A program made the translations under genes and the position numbers. From contig CAVYYZ010000012.1 of the NCBI GenBank assembly GCA_963772835.1, positions 160,001-224,000 on the forward strand: 64,000 nt of DNA, in the 5' to 3' direction. Below, piece after piece: positions 1-11,560 of the stretch. The stretch's first letter is position 1, and every line of letters starts with the position of its first letter. The DNA comes from an uncultured delta proteobacterium. GTDB lineage: Bacteria > Desulfobacterota > Desulfuromonadia > Geobacterales > Pseudopelobacteraceae. The notes below the pieces were generated by a model. That model saw only the letters and a list, made by a program, of their open reading frames with translations. It was not told the DNA's origin and searched no databases.

Positions 1-1
1 G

Positions 2-1243
2 GTGATTGAATCAAATGTCCGCCCGCCTAAGGGAGACATCAATGCCCCGTTCCAGATGCTTATCGCCAACATCGATTACAACGACTACATCGGCCGCATG
101 GCAACCGGTCGTATTTTCAACGGCAAGGTAAGAGCCGGCGAGACGGTGGCCATGATCAAGGCAGACGGATCAATCTCGAAGGGACGCATCACTAAACTGC
201 TTGGCTATGAAGGTTTAAAGCAGGTTGATATTGAAGAGGCCGGAACCGGCGACATTGTCACCGTCGCCGGCTTTGAAGATGTCAGTATCGGTGAGACGCT
301 GGCTTCGGCGGAAAATCCTATCGCAGTCCCCTACGTTTCCATTGACGAACCAACCCTTTCGATGAACTTCATCGTCAATACATCGCCCTTTGCCGGCCGC
401 GAAGGCAAATGGGTCACTTCGCGTAACATCCGCGAACGCCTTACCAAAGAACTACGCACCAATGTTTCGCTCCGGGTCGATGATACTGACAGTGCAGACA
501 CTTTTATGGTCTCCGGCCGGGGCGAACTGCACCTCTCAATCCTGATCGAAACCATGCGCCGCGAGGGGTTCGAGTTGGCCGTTTCCAAACCGGAAGTCAT
601 CGTCCGGATCAAGGATGGAGTCAAAATGGAACCGATGGAATATCTGGTGGTCGATGTGGCTTCGGAATTCCAGGGTGCCATCATCGAGAAGATGGGACCC
701 CGCAAGGGAGAGATGGTCGCCATGGCGCCAATGGGCGAGATGGTGCGTCTCGAATTCATCATACCGGCGCGCGGCCTGATCGGTCTGCGCGGCGAGGTCC
801 TGACCGATACCCGTGGCACCGCCGTTATGACCCATACCTTTCACGAATATGCCCCCTACAAGGGTGATATCCCCGGTCGTAAAAACGGTGCGCTGATGGC
901 CATGGATCACGGTGAAACCACCGCTTACTCACTGGACGCACTGCAGCCGCGCGGTACTCTGTTTATCGGTGCCGGTGTCGAAGTCTACGGAGGGATGATC
1001 ATTGGCCAGAATAACAAAGACAACGATCTGGACATCAACCCCTGTAAAGGGAAGAAATTGACCAACGTACGTGCCTCCGGTACCGACGATGCCATCAAAC
1101 TCACTCCGCCAAAACTCATGACGCTCGAACAGGCGCTGGAATTTATCGAAGATGACGAACTGGTTGAGGTTACTCCGCTTTCGATTCGCCTCCGCAAAAA
1201 AGAGCTTGATCCAACCCGACGCAAGCGGGCAAACAAAGGGTAG
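2..1243 (+). CDS. typA: Translational GTPase TypA/BipA (5'-truncated by window edge)
   Basis: Motifs VSGRGELHLSILIETMRREGFE, KGKKLTNVRASGTDD and DDELVEVTP..IRLRK are typical of BipA domains III-V and C-terminal domain. Confidence 0.97.
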   Translation: MIESNVRPPKGDINAPFQMLIANIDYNDYIGRMATGRIFNGKVRAGETVAMIKADGSISKGRITKLLGYEGLKQVDIEEAGTGDIVTVAGFEDVSIGETLASAENPIAVPYVSIDEPTLSMNFIVNTSPFAGREGKWVTSRNIRERLTKELRTNVSLRVDDTDSADTFMVSGRGELHLSILIETMRREGFELAVSKPEVIVRIKDGVKMEPMEYLVVDVASEFQGAIIEKMGPRKGEMVAMAPMGEMVRLEFIIPARGLIGLRGEVLTDTRGTAVMTHTFHEYAPYKGDIPGRKNGALMAMDHGETTAYSLDALQPRGTLFIGAGVEVYGGMIIGQNNKDNDLDINPCKGKKLTNVRASGTDDAIKLTPPKLMTLEQALEFIEDDELVEVTPLSIRLRKKELDPTRRKRANKG

Positions 1244-1267
1244 ATATACCGAAATAACGCGTATACG

Positions 1268-1298
1268 TGAGCCGGGGATTTTTTCCCCGGCTCATTTT
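1268..1298 (+). terminator. Rho-independent terminator after typA
   Basis: Inverted repeat TGAGCCGGGGA...TCCCCGGCTCA followed by TTTT. Confidence 0.8.
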
Positions 1299-1387
1299 GT
1301 TTCTTACAGGAATAATCTGGTGATTTTTAACGGTGCGAATGCTATAGTTCTTCGGTAAATTCCATACGTTCAGGCGGGGCACACAAC

Positions 1388-2605
1388 ATGGCAGAACAAA
1401 CGATTTATCTGATAGGAGCAGGTTTCACCGGCTGGGACGGTTTCCCGGCCAAGGCGCTTGAGATTATCGCCACGGCAGACATCATGGTCGGCAATCAGCG
1501 TCACCTGGAAATTTTTCCCGATTTTGCCGGTGTAAAAAGAGAGCTTGGTGATCTTTCAGAATTGATCGATTTTCTCAAGAAAACCGATCAGCGTGTAGTC
1601 CTTCTGGCCTCAGGAGACCCGACTTTTTTCGGAATTTCAAGATTCCTGCTGCGGAATCTCCCAAAAGAACGTATCGAAATTTTCCCCAATGTAACCAGCA
1701 TGCAATACGCCTTTGCCCGGATCAAAGAGTCGTGGGACGACGGCATTTTCGTTTCGGTTCATGGGCGCGGCATGCACCAGGCGATAGACAAGATCATCGC
1801 CGCTGAAAAAGCCTGTGTTCTGACCGACAAAATCAACACCCCGGCAGCAATCGCGGCAGAACTGATCGAGCGGGGTGCAGAAGGGTATGAGGCGTGGCTC
1901 TGCGAAGATCTCGGCATGCCGACAGAAAAATTTACTAAGACGACTGTACGCGGACTGCTGGATATTGCTGCATCTGATTTGAATATTCTTATTCTGATCC
2001 GCACCTACGAACCAAACCTCGTCCACTATCCGCTGATAGGTATCGATGACGACGAGTTCCACACTTCGAAAAAGTTGATCACCAAACTGGAGGTACGTGC
2101 AGTCACACTTGCAAAACTCCAGCTGCAGGATGACCTGGTACTCTGGGACATCGGGGCCGGTAGCTGTTCTGTTTCGATCGAAGCCTCCAACTTAATGCCG
2201 GCTGGAAGAATTTTTGCTGTAGAAAAGAATCTGCAGTGCATCGGGTTTATAAACGAAAACCTGAAGAAGTTCTGTGCCCGAAATATAAAGCTGATCGAGG
2301 CGTACGCCCCCGACGGCCTGGATGATCTTCCCGATCCGGATCGGGTTTTCATCGGCGGAGCCGGAGGTAAACTGGATGAGATCATCGATATCGTATCGCA
2401 GCGGCTGAGACCGGATGGCGTTGTGGTTATCAATGCAGTGACTCTGGATACTCTCACCAGAGCGGTGGAATTTCTTGAAGACCACGGTTTTACGGTAGAA
2501 GCGACTTGCATCAATGTCGCCAAGACCCGGAACCTTACCGAATACAAGATGTTTGAAGCCCAGAACCCGGTCTATGTAATTTCAGCCTGCAAGGGTGGCG
2601 AATAG
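1388..2605 (+). CDS. cbiET: Bifunctional precorrin-6Y C5,15-methyltransferase (CbiE-CbiT fusion, CobL-like)
   Basis: N-terminal tetrapyrrole methylase (LASGDPTFFG, VSVHGR) fused to CbiT domain (ITKLEVRAVTL, WDIGAGSCSVSIE, PDRVFIGG, AQNPVY). Confidence 0.93.
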   Translation: MAEQTIYLIGAGFTGWDGFPAKALEIIATADIMVGNQRHLEIFPDFAGVKRELGDLSELIDFLKKTDQRVVLLASGDPTFFGISRFLLRNLPKERIEIFPNVTSMQYAFARIKESWDDGIFVSVHGRGMHQAIDKIIAAEKACVLTDKINTPAAIAAELIERGAEGYEAWLCEDLGMPTEKFTKTTVRGLLDIAASDLNILILIRTYEPNLVHYPLIGIDDDEFHTSKKLITKLEVRAVTLAKLQLQDDLVLWDIGAGSCSVSIEASNLMPAGRIFAVEKNLQCIGFINENLKKFCARNIKLIEAYAPDGLDDLPDPDRVFIGGAGGKLDEIIDIVSQRLRPDGVVVINAVTLDTLTRAVEFLEDHGFTVEATCINVAKTRNLTEYKMFEAQNPVYVISACKGGE

Positions 2606-3303
2606 TGGCAATGGTTTATGCTGTAGGAGTAGGCCCCGGCGACCCCGAACTGCTGACCCGCAAGGCTGAACGGGTCCTGCGGGGTGCAGACGTTATTCTT
2701 GCTCCGGTATCCAATCCTGTAGAGGCCAGCGTGGCCCTGGAAACGATCCGCGAATTCATCAATGAGGAACGTCAGGAGATCATAGTTCATCAATTTCCGA
2801 TGACCTCTGACCGGACACGCCTGATTCCAGCCTGGCAGGAGGCAGCGGCTCTCATCGCAGCGCATGCGGAGGCGGGACGTTCAGTTGCCTTCATCACGAT
2901 CGGTGACCCACTGTTTTACTCGACGTTTATTTACCTGCTGCGGATACTGCGCAAACAGTGGCCGCATCTCCCGATCGAAATCATTCCGGGCATATCGAGC
3001 ATCAATGCCGCAGCGGCTCAGGCTGCTCTCCCCCTTGTGGAGAGTGATGAAAAAATGGTTGTGATTCCGGCCACTGCCGGGATAAGACAGATTAAAACAG
3101 CCTTGGAGAACTACGAAACCGTGGTGCTCCTGAAAGTCAAGCCACTCTATGCGGAGATTGTAGAACTGCTTCACTCAACCGGAAGGGAGCATAGCACCGT
3201 TTTTGTCGAGCGGGTCGGGGGTTCCCGCCAGAAAGTTCTGACCGATTTCAGCCAGATCGCCGCCCATTCACCCGATTATCTGTCGCTGATGATAATAAAA
3301 TAG
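2605..3303 (+). CDS. cbiL: Precorrin-2/cobalt-factor II C20-methyltransferase
   Basis: GVGPGDPELLT, FPMT, ITIGDPLFYSTF, IPGISS, YLSLMII motifs; GTG start overlaps upstream stop. Confidence 0.92.
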   Translation: MAMVYAVGVGPGDPELLTRKAERVLRGADVILAPVSNPVEASVALETIREFINEERQEIIVHQFPMTSDRTRLIPAWQEAAALIAAHAEAGRSVAFITIGDPLFYSTFIYLLRILRKQWPHLPIEIIPGISSINAAAAQAALPLVESDEKMVVIPATAGIRQIKTALENYETVVLLKVKPLYAEIVELLHSTGREHSTVFVERVGGSRQKVLTDFSQIAAHSPDYLSLMIIK

Positions 3304-3341
3304 TTTCAATAAGCCGCGTCTGCAGTTGTTCCTCCATACAC

Positions 3342-3389
3342 AAAAAAGTCCGTTCATCCCTGAATTATCAGTGAATGAACGGACTTTTT
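3342..3389. terminator. Bidirectional terminator between cbiL and ppdK
   Basis: AAAAAAGTCCGTTCAT...ATGAACGGACTTTTT stem with A-tract on the left and T-tract on the right, between convergent genes. Confidence 0.85.
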
Positions 3390-3417
3390 ATGTTACCCGG
3401 TACGGAAGGGGGTATAT

Positions 3418-6069
3418 TTATCCCAAAACCGCGTGTGCCGCCGCCAACCTGGCTATCGGCACTCTGAATGGTGAGCAGGACACATAATCCAGCCCGACAT
3501 TGTGGCAAAAAATAACCGATGCCGGATCGCCGCCATGTTCGCCGCAGATGCCGAGCTTGATGTTAGGGCGGGTTGATCGTCCCAGTTCACACGCCATCTT
3601 GACCAGCTTGCCGACACCCTTCTGATCAAGCGACACGAAGGGATCTTCGGGAAGGATGTTATTGTCGACATAGAATGGCAGGAATTTGCCTGCATCGTCA
3701 CGTGACAGTCCAAATGTGGTCTGGGTCAGATCGTTCGTCCCAAATGAAAAGAACTCTGCCTCCACCGCGATTTCGTCAGCTGTCAGGGCGGCACGCGGCA
3801 GCTCGATCATTGTACCGATCAGATACTCTACCTTGACGCCGTAACGGGCAATGATCTTGTCACAGATGATCACGGCATTCTGCTTGAGAACCGACAACTC
3901 TTTGACTGTCGCAATCAGCGGAATCATGATTTCAGGAACGATGCTGAACCCTTCATTGCTTACCAGCTCGCAGGCCGCTTCCATGATCGCAGTAACCTGC
4001 ATATTGTAAATTTCCGGAAATGTAATGCCCAGACGACAGCCGCGGTGACCCAGCATCGGGTTGAACTCGTGCAGTGTATCTATCTTATGCTTGAGCGCGT
4101 TGACCGGAACCTTCATCGTCTTGCACAACTCTTCAATATCCTTCTCTTCCTGCGGCAGGAACTCGTGCAAAGGCGGGTCAAGCAGACGAATGGTCACCGG
4201 CAGCCCTTTCATCTCCCTGAACAGCCCGATAAAATCCCCTTTCTGCATCGGAAGAATCTTGGCCAGGGCATGCTCACGCCCTTCTACATCATCGGACAAA
4301 ATCATCTCCCTCACGGCAGCAATTCTCTCCGCGTCAAAGAACATATGCTCTGTGCGGCAGAGACCAATCCCTTCTGCCCCAAATTCGCGTGCGACCTTGG
4401 CATCATGGGGTGTATCGGCATTGGTGCGAACCTTCAGGCGACGTATACCGTCCACCCACCCCATCAACGTATTATAATCATCGGTCAATTGAGCTGTTAC
4501 AGTCGGTACCGCGCCCAGCATCACTTCACCCTGTGTTCCATCCAGCGTGATCAGGTCTCCTTTTCTTACAACAACCCCGTTTTTGGCGGTAAAGCACTGG
4601 TTGGCATAATCCACTTTGATGTCGCCGCAGCCGGCAACGCAGCACTTGCCCATTCCGCGGGCAACGACTGCAGCATGAGATGTCATGCCGCCTCGAGCGG
4701 TCAGGATCCCCTGAGCGGCATGCATACCGTGGATGTCTTCAGGGGAGGTTTCTACGCGCACCAGAATAATTTTACGGCCGACCTTAGCTTCAGATTCCGC
4801 TTCATCGGCAGTAAAAACAACCAGACCGGATACGGCGCCCGGAGATGCCGGGAGACCCTTTGCGATGATATTTTTAACCGCTTTCGGATCAAGTGAAGGG
4901 TGCAGCAGCTGATCAAGCTGTTCGGGGGCTACACGCTTTACAGCGGTTTTTTCATCGATCAGTCCTTCGGCAACCATGTCAACCGCAATCTTGATGGCTG
5001 CAGGTGCGGTACGCTTGCCATTGCGGGTCTGCAGCATAAAGAGTTTGCCCTTTTCGATCGTAAACTCGATGTCCTGCATATCTTTGTAATGTTTTTCGAG
5101 TATTGCCCGGATAGAAACCAGTTGCCGGTAACACTCCGGCATAACCTCCTCCATCGGCGGCAGCGACGTGGCTTTGGCACGGTTGATCGGTTGCGGAGTA
5201 CGGATACCGGCAACGACATCTTCACCCTGGGCGTTGACCAGATATTCACCATAGAAATAATCTTCACCCGTGGATGGATCTCGGGTAAAGGCTACGCCGG
5301 TGGCACAGTCATCCCCCATGTTTCCATAGACCATTGATTGGACGTTTACGGCGGTGCCCCATTCCGCAGGGATGTTGTTAAGCCGGCGGTATGTGATGGC
5401 GCGCGGGTTCATCCATGAACCGAATACGGCGCCGATTGCACCCCACAGCTGGTCCTGAGGATCTTCAGGGAACGGGATCCCGAGATCTTCCTTGATTCTG
5501 TTTTTAAATGCGGATACCAGATCCTTCCAATCTCCCGCACTCAGATCGGTGTCGAGATGAACCCCCCTCTCTTCTTTTTTCTGCTCAAGCAGGAGTTCGA
5601 GGGCGTGTTTATCCATGCCCATCACGACATCAGAATACATCTGTACAAAGCGGCGATAGGCATCGTATGCGAAGCGCTCGTCACCGCTTTGGGAAACAAT
5701 ACCCCGTACGGTGGTATCATTGAGACCCAGGTTGAGGACTGTATCCATCATCCCCGGCATGGAGGCACGGGCGCCGGAACGCACTGAAACCAGCAGAGGA
5801 TTGTCGGGGTCACCGAATTTACGACCCATCAGAGCTTCGACACGGGAGAGATGGACGGCAACTTCTGCCGCGAGGGAGGAGGGATACTTATTATCGTTCT
5901 TATAAAACTCGGTACAGACCTCTGTGCTAAGTGTGAAGCCGGGCGGGACCGGAAGGCCGATGCTGGTCATTTCGGCAAGATTAGCCCCTTTACCACCCAG
6001 CAGATTTTTCATATCAGCCCGACCTTCAGCCTGACCGTTACCAAAGAAATACACAAATTTCTGCGCCAT
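3418..6069 (-). CDS. ppdK: Pyruvate phosphate dikinase
   Basis: [25 protein letters not shown] phospho-His motif, [10 protein letters not shown]; start moved to ATG 6069 behind a GAGGAG Shine-Dalgarno (SD) site. Confidence 0.98.
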   Translation of the reverse strand: MAQKFVYFFGNGQAEGRADMKNLLGGKGANLAEMTSIGLPVPPGFTLSTEVCTEFYKNDNKYPSSLAAEVAVHLSRVEALMGRKFGDPDNPLLVSVRSGARASMPGMMDTVLNLGLNDTTVRGIVSQSGDERFAYDAYRRFVQMYSDVVMGMDKHALELLLEQKKEERGVHLDTDLSAGDWKDLVSAFKNRIKEDLGIPFPEDPQDQLWGAIGAVFGSWMNPRAITYRRLNNIPAEWGTAVNVQSMVYGNMGDDCATGVAFTRDPSTGEDYFYGEYLVNAQGEDVVAGIRTPQPINRAKATSLPPMEEVMPECYRQLVSIRAILEKHYKDMQDIEFTIEKGKLFMLQTRNGKRTAPAAIKIAVDMVAEGLIDEKTAVKRVAPEQLDQLLHPSLDPKAVKNIIAKGLPASPGAVSGLVVFTADEAESEAKVGRKIILVRVETSPEDIHGMHAAQGILTARGGMTSHAAVVARGMGKCCVAGCGDIKVDYANQCFTAKNGVVVRKGDLITLDGTQGEVMLGAVPTVTAQLTDDYNTLMGWVDGIRRLKVRTNADTPHDAKVAREFGAEGIGLCRTEHMFFDAERIAAVREMILSDDVEGREHALAKILPMQKGDFIGLFREMKGLPVTIRLLDPPLHEFLPQEEKDIEELCKTMKVPVNALKHKIDTLHEFNPMLGHRGCRLGITFPEIYNMQVTAIMEAACELVSNEGFSIVPEIMIPLIATVKELSVLKQNAVIICDKIIARYGVKVEYLIGTMIELPRAALTADEIAVEAEFFSFGTNDLTQTTFGLSRDDAGKFLPFYVDNNILPEDPFVSLDQKGVGKLVKMACELGRSTRPNIKLGICGEHGGDPASVIFCHNVGLDYVSCSPFRVPIARLAAAHAVLG

Positions 6070-6209
6070 AGTACCATCTCCTCTTTCGTAGAATACTAAC
6101 GAGTGCTTTACAGGCACTAAAAACATTTATTCATAATGAATATAACAGTTTAGAGGATTAGACTATAGCGCAGATTTTCAAAATATCAACTATATTGTGA
6201 ATTTTTTTC

Positions 6210-6650
6210 TTACTTCGTATCCCAGCTGGTGATATCGGTGTTCTTTCCTTCCCCCCCTTTGACGCCGTCAAAACCATAGGAAAAGAGGTCGTAGTCGCCA
6301 TGCTCGCCGGGGGAAATGTACAGGTAGTCGTTACCCCAGGGGTCTTTGGGAATTTTCTTGCTCTCAAGATATCCCTCATCCTTGTACCCCTTCGGCATTA
6401 CACCTACAGTCGGTTTTGTGATCAGAGCGCTCAACCCCTGTTCGGTGGATGGATAATTACCGTTATCAAGCTTGTACAGCTTGAGGGCCGTCTCAATATT
6501 CTTGATTTGCACCCGCGCATCGGTAATCTTGGCATCATCTGTCCGCCCCATCAGTTTCGGGCCGACGAGCGCGGCCAACAGCGCCAGTATGACGATCACG
6601 ACCATGATCTCGATCAGGGTAAATCCTTTAGTGTTGTTTATTCGGTGCAT
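6210..6650 (-). CDS. gspG: Type II secretion major pseudopilin
   Basis: Prepilin motif [44 protein letters not shown]. Confidence 0.95.
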   Translation of the reverse strand: MHRINNTKGFTLIEIMVVIVILALLAALVGPKLMGRTDDAKITDARVQIKNIETALKLYKLDNGNYPSTEQGLSALITKPTVGVMPKGYKDEGYLESKKIPKDPWGNDYLYISPGEHGDYDLFSYGFDGVKGGEGKNTDITSWDTK

Positions 6651-6847
6651 ATCTGTGTGTACCTCCTGCGTGAATTCTCTGCTGTTGAACTCTACTCAAA
6701 AGAGAGGCGGTATGGCAAGCTCTTTCAGGTCCGTGGATGCTTCAAAAAATATCATTGGTACCTCAAATGCGGTATATGCTGCCGCAGTTTTTTTACTAAG
6801 ATGAAACATTACTTAATAACTCCGGATGGTTGCAATTTGCTTGCAGA

Positions 6848-6864
6848 TTGGCACTCAATATGCT
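6848..6864 (+). promoter_or_regulatory. Putative sigma-54 (-24/-12) promoter of the c7 cytochrome gene
   Basis: TTGGCACTCAATATGCT, GG-N10-GC spacing exact, about 90 nt upstream of the start codon. Confidence 0.6.
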
Positions 6865-6955
6865 AAATAGTTTACATCATCGATTAAGTAACAGCTCAAA
6901 AGTAACTTACGCCTGCGTCATTACGCAGTACCAAACAAACAGAGGAGAAAAACAG

Positions 6956-7234
6956 ATGAAAAAAATCAGCGCCGTAGTAGCAATGTTTGCCGTCACCGCT
7001 TTTGCAGGAGCAGCTTTAGCAGCCGACGTAATCGAGTTGCCAGCCTCCATGGGTAAGATATCCTTCCCTCACAAAAAACATCAGGAAATGCTGAAAGACT
7101 GCAAAAAGTGCCACGAAAAAGGCCCGGGGAAAATTGCCGAACTCGGCAAGGATTGGGCACACAAAACCTGCAAAGGATGCCACGCTGAGATGAAAAAAGG
7201 ACCAACTTCCTGCAAAGATTGCCACAAAAAATAA
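6956..7234 (+). CDS. Periplasmic triheme cytochrome c7 (PpcA family)
   Basis: Signal peptide MKKISAVVAMF..AALA, three CXXCH motifs (CKKCH, CKGCH, CKDCH), FPHKKH and AH distal ligands; AGGAG SD before ATG 6956. Confidence 0.95.
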   Translation: MKKISAVVAMFAVTAFAGAALAADVIELPASMGKISFPHKKHQEMLKDCKKCHEKGPGKIAELGKDWAHKTCKGCHAEMKKGPTSCKDCHKK

Positions 7235-7274
7235 GCGCTGAACACTAGTTTGCAGCCATGCCGGGGGTAGCGCA

Positions 7275-8165
7275 TCAGCGCTGCCCCCGTTTGTTTTCTC
7301 CCAGGATGCAATACCCCCCCCCTTTTTTTACCAGGAAACCCTCCCGCTGCATCGCTTCCAGATTACTTTGCACAGCTTCACGCGCGGACTCAAGGTAAAC
7401 AGCCAACTCTGTGAGTGATATGTACGGACGGTTCATAACCTCTTGTAAAATGCGGCTGCGCAGCTGCCGATTGGAACCCTCGAAGCGGCTCTGTTGTGTG
7501 TGGTGTTTGCTGCGGCGACCCGGATTAGGAAGAGTCTGTTTGAGCATAACACCGTAATCCATAAGGGCATAATACCATTGACGCGGATTAACCGTATCCA
7601 GGGTTACTGCTACCAGCGGCATGATTTCACTGTCACAGACTTTTTCCCGACCATGATAGAAACAGTGAATAAAAACCGTGCGGATGTTGGTTTCGATCAG
7701 CGGTTCAGCCACACCGTACGCGAATGCAGCCAGAGCACGGGCTGTGTAGGGCCCGACCCCCGGCAGTGATTGCAGCTCATCAATTGAGCGGGGAAACTGT
7801 CCGGCGTAGAACGTCTCAATTGCCTCGGAGCAGCGTTTCAGAAACAGCGCCCGGCGGCTGTAGCCCAACCCTTTCCATACCTGAAGAACGTCTGACAGGG
7901 ATGCGGCAGCCAATGCAGAAACCGTCGGAAAGGCACTCAAAAAGTTCACATACTTAATCTTGACACGCTCCACCTGGGTCTGCTGCAGCATTATTTCCGA
8001 CACCAGAATGTGATAGGGGTTATCTGTCTCGCGCCACGGCATCGGGCGGGGGTTAGCGTGGTAATTGTCGTAGATCATCAAGCGGAAAGAGGCTATGTCC
8101 TGAAGAGAAAGTTCTCCATTCTGATGAAAACTGCCCGTCAGATATGCCGGCGTCAGCGCCTTCAC
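7275..8165 (-). CDS. Short MutY-like HhH-GPD DNA glycosylase
   Basis: [42 protein letters not shown] helix-hairpin-helix, ALMDYG; lacks Fe-S cysteines. Confidence 0.85.
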   Translation of the reverse strand: MKALTPAYLTGSFHQNGELSLQDIASFRLMIYDNYHANPRPMPWRETDNPYHILVSEIMLQQTQVERVKIKYVNFLSAFPTVSALAAASLSDVLQVWKGLGYSRRALFLKRCSEAIETFYAGQFPRSIDELQSLPGVGPYTARALAAFAYGVAEPLIETNIRTVFIHCFYHGREKVCDSEIMPLVAVTLDTVNPRQWYYALMDYGVMLKQTLPNPGRRSKHHTQQSRFEGSNRQLRSRILQEVMNRPYISLTELAVYLESAREAVQSNLEAMQREGFLVKKGGGYCILGENKRGQR

Positions 8166-10174
8166 CGCAGTGCTAACTCCAACTCCTCCAGTTTTTTCAC
8201 CCGGTCACGCAGCACGACCGCCTTCTCGAAATTCAGCTCTTTAGCCGCAATCAGCATCTCTTTACGCAGTTTTTTTACCAGCTTCGGTATTTCTCTGGGT
8301 GCTACATATTCTTCGCCCGTTTCAGCAACTCCGGCAGGTTGCGTGACATAATCTTTCTCTTCGATTGACTCCAGGATACTGCGCAAACCTTTTTTGACCG
8401 TTTCAGGTGTGATGCCGTGTTCTTCGTTGTAGGCAAGCTGCCGGACCCGTCGCCGGCCGGTTTCATCAATACACGCCTGCATGGAGCGAGTCACGCTGTC
8501 ACCATACATAAGTACCCGGCCATTGACATTACGGGCGGCACGGCCGCAGGTCTGGATTAGTGACCGCTGGGAACGGAGAAACCCCTCCTTGTCGGCATCA
8601 AGAATGGCAACCAGCGAAACTTCCGGCAGATCAAGCCCTTCCCGAAGCAGATTAATCCCGACCAGTACATCAAATTCCCCCAGCCGCAGATCGCGAATGA
8701 TCTGCATCCGCTCTATGGTGACGATATCCGAATGGAGATATTTTATTCGCACCCCCAGTTCACGGTAATAATTAGTCAGCTCTTCTGCCATGCGCTTGGT
8801 CAGTGTCGTAACAAGCACCCGCTCGCCATGGGCAACAGTCTCACGGACTTCATGGAGGAGATCGTCTACCTGGCCGACGGAAATTCCCGCCGTCACTGGC
8901 CGCACCTCTATAATCGGATCAACCAGCCCGGTCGGACGTATGACCTGTTCAACAAACACGCCGCCGCTTGCCTCAAGCTCATAATCGGCCGGTGTTGCCG
9001 AAACATATACCACCTGACGGATGCGGGCCTGAAACTCCTGGAAATTGAGCGGCCGGTTGTCAAGTGCAGCCGGCAGCCGGAACCCGTAGTTGACCAGTGT
9101 TTCCTTGCGCGAGCGGTCGCCCCGGTACATGGCACCGGTCTGCGGTACGGTGATATGTGATTCGTCCACAAACAGCAGGAAATCGTCGGGGAAATAATCT
9201 ATCAGCGTATAGGGGGCCTCACCCGGCTGGCGCCCGTCAAAGTACCGCGAATAATTTTCGATACCGTGGCAGAACCCCATCTCCTCCATCATTTCGAGAT
9301 CATAGGCGGTACGCTGCTCGATGCGCTGTTCTTCCAGCAGCATGTTCTGACTGCGGAAATATCCGATCCGTTCCGCCAGATCAACCCGGATCTGCTCTAC
9401 CGCCCGCTCCAAAGTTTCGCGTGTGGAGACATAATGTGAAGCGGGATAGATGGAACACTTGGAGAGTTTTTGCAACACGATGCCCCGCAACGGATCGATT
9501 TCACTGATCGCTTCCACGTCATCTCCGAAAAATTCTATCCGGAGAGCCCGTTCACTGTCGTAGGCCGGAAAAATCTCGATCACATCCCCCCGTACCCGGA
9601 ACGTACCACGATGGAAATCCATATCATTGCGTTCGTACTGTATCTCGATCAGCTTGCGAAGCAGGTCGTCTCGGCCGAAATCATCCCCCTGATGAAAGTA
9701 GATGTGCATGGCCTGATACGCTTCAGGTGAGCCGATGCCGTAAATACAGGAGACCGATGCCACTATGATAACATCCCGCCGCGTCAGCAGACTTCGTGTC
9801 GCAGAATGGCGCATCTTGTCGATCTCATCGTTGATGGCGGAATCTTTTTCTATGAAGGTGTCACTGGTCGGAATATAGGCTTCCGGCTGATAATAATCGT
9901 AGTAGGATACGAAATACTCAACGGCATTATCGGGGAATAGCTCCTTGAATTCACCATACAGCTGCGCTGCCAGTGTCTTATTGGGGGCCAGCACCAGTGC
10001 CGGACGGGAGGTTTGGGCGATTACATTCGCAACGGTAAACGTTTTGCCGGAGCCGGTCACACCCAGCAGCGTCTGGTGGCGGTCTCCCCTTATTATTCCC
10101 TCTACAAGTTCATTAATGGCTTGGGGTTGGTCACCGCGAGGGGTGTATTCGGTTGTCAGATTAAAAATGGACAT
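8162..10174 (-). CDS. uvrB: Excinuclease ABC subunit B
   Basis: [41 protein letters not shown]-terminal UVR coiled coil. Confidence 0.98.
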   Translation of the reverse strand: MSIFNLTTEYTPRGDQPQAINELVEGIIRGDRHQTLLGVTGSGKTFTVANVIAQTSRPALVLAPNKTLAAQLYGEFKELFPDNAVEYFVSYYDYYQPEAYIPTSDTFIEKDSAINDEIDKMRHSATRSLLTRRDVIIVASVSCIYGIGSPEAYQAMHIYFHQGDDFGRDDLLRKLIEIQYERNDMDFHRGTFRVRGDVIEIFPAYDSERALRIEFFGDDVEAISEIDPLRGIVLQKLSKCSIYPASHYVSTRETLERAVEQIRVDLAERIGYFRSQNMLLEEQRIEQRTAYDLEMMEEMGFCHGIENYSRYFDGRQPGEAPYTLIDYFPDDFLLFVDESHITVPQTGAMYRGDRSRKETLVNYGFRLPAALDNRPLNFQEFQARIRQVVYVSATPADYELEASGGVFVEQVIRPTGLVDPIIEVRPVTAGISVGQVDDLLHEVRETVAHGERVLVTTLTKRMAEELTNYYRELGVRIKYLHSDIVTIERMQIIRDLRLGEFDVLVGINLLREGLDLPEVSLVAILDADKEGFLRSQRSLIQTCGRAARNVNGRVLMYGDSVTRSMQACIDETGRRRVRQLAYNEEHGITPETVKKGLRSILESIEEKDYVTQPAGVAETGEEYVAPREIPKLVKKLRKEMLIAAKELNFEKAVVLRDRVKKLEELELALR

Positions 10175-10285
10175 GCAGCCCCGTTTTAAAATTATTGTTT
10201 TTACATTTCTGAGTATTTATGGATTTTCACACAGGAAACGGGTAAACTGCCGCTCCGTGGGCATTATAGCGACTCATACGGTAGC

Positions 10286-11560
10286 ATGGAGACTCGTGTG
10301 ACACAAGAACTTCAAACCATTCACCACTCAGTATGCAGCTTTACGCAACCGGGAAACCAGTGCCATCTCCTGGAGGGTAGTCCCATACCCACTTTTGCCA
10401 TCGACGATCAACACCATGTCATATTCTGGAACCGGGCCTGTGAATCTGTCACCGGTCAGGCAGCGAGAGATGTGGTTGGTACAAACCGGCATTGGGCGGC
10501 TTTTTATACGGATCAGCGTCCGATTATGGCCGATCTGGTACTTGACGGCGCGACACCGGAGGAAGTGAGCAGCCACTACGGAGATCTCTGGTGGCAATCA
10601 ACAGTTATCCCGGGGGCATACGAATCGGAAGGGTTTTTCCCGGCCATCGGTACCGATGGCACATGGTTCTTCTTCACCGCCTCTCCGATCTGCAACGCAG
10701 ATGGTCAGACAATTGGTGCAATTGAAACTCTGCAGGACATCAGTGCAAGGAAACAGGCCGAAGAAGCGCTGCATGTCTATCAGAATGATCTGGAAGATAC
10801 CATTCGACGACGCACGAAAGAGTTAATCCTGACCCACGCCGAACTGGCTGTCAAAGCCGCCAACCTGCAAGAGATCAACGAAGAGTTATCACAATACGCC
10901 TTTGTCGTTTCCCATGACCTGCGTGCTCCGCTGCGTGCCGTCCGAAACTACACCCATTTCCTGCACGAAGAGTTGGAAACCCTCTTGAATAACGAACAGC
11001 GGGGCTATTTCGCCGGCATGACAACTGCCTTGAAATTCGGAGAGGATCTGGTGAGCGACCTGTTGGATTTCTCCCGGGTCGGGGGGGAAAACCTGGTCGT
11101 TACACCGGTTCCGCTGGATGAATTTCTGGCAGCGATGAAAAATGAGTTCAAACCACATCCCGACGCTGAACTCATCTGCTACAGCGGGATGCCAACCGTT
11201 CTCGCCGAACGAACCCTGTTGCGTCAGATTTTTAACAATCTGATAATTAACGGTTTTAAATTCAATTATTCCACTGTCAAAAAAGTTGAAATCGGCCTGA
11301 TATCCCACATCGGGAACTACTGTGAGCTGTACGTCCGCGACAACGGCATCGGTATCGACCCCCGCTTTCACAACAGGATCTTCAAGATGTTTAAACGCCT
11401 CCATACGCACAAGGAATTTGAAGGAACCGGCATCGGTCTTGCGATTGTCAGAAAAGCTGCCGCTAAGCTGGGGGGGACTGTCAGGATCGAATCAGAGGCC
11501 GGTGACGGTTCGTCCTTCCTGATATCGCTTCCAACAGCTGAAACGAGTGAAAAACTGTGA
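10286..11560 (+). CDS. PAS-domain sensor histidine kinase (Cph1/bacteriophytochrome-type HisKA)
   Basis: PAS/PAC, SHDLRAPLR H-box, NLIINGFKF N-box, DNGIG and GTGIGLAIV G-boxes. Confidence 0.92.
   Translation: METRVTQELQTIHHSVCSFTQPGNQCHLLEGSPIPTFAIDDQHHVIFWNRACESVTGQAARDVVGTNRHWAAFYTDQRPIMADLVLDGATPEEVSSHYGDLWWQSTVIPGAYESEGFFPAIGTDGTWFFFTASPICNADGQTIGAIETLQDISARKQAEEALHVYQNDLEDTIRRRTKELILTHAELAVKAANLQEINEELSQYAFVVSHDLRAPLRAVRNYTHFLHEELETLLNNEQRGYFAGMTTALKFGEDLVSDLLDFSRVGGENLVVTPVPLDEFLAAMKNEFKPHPDAELICYSGMPTVLAERTLLRQIFNNLIINGFKFNYSTVKKVEIGLISHIGNYCELYVRDNGIGIDPRFHNRIFKMFKRLHTHKEFEGTGIGLAIVRKAAAKLGGTVRIESEAGDGSSFLISLPTAETSEKL

Noticed and set aside
4045..6099. Long plus-strand ORFs opposite ppdK, and similar antisense ORFs opposite uvrB, gltX and the cyclase
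   Set aside because: No recognisable motifs; expected antisense shadows of conserved genes
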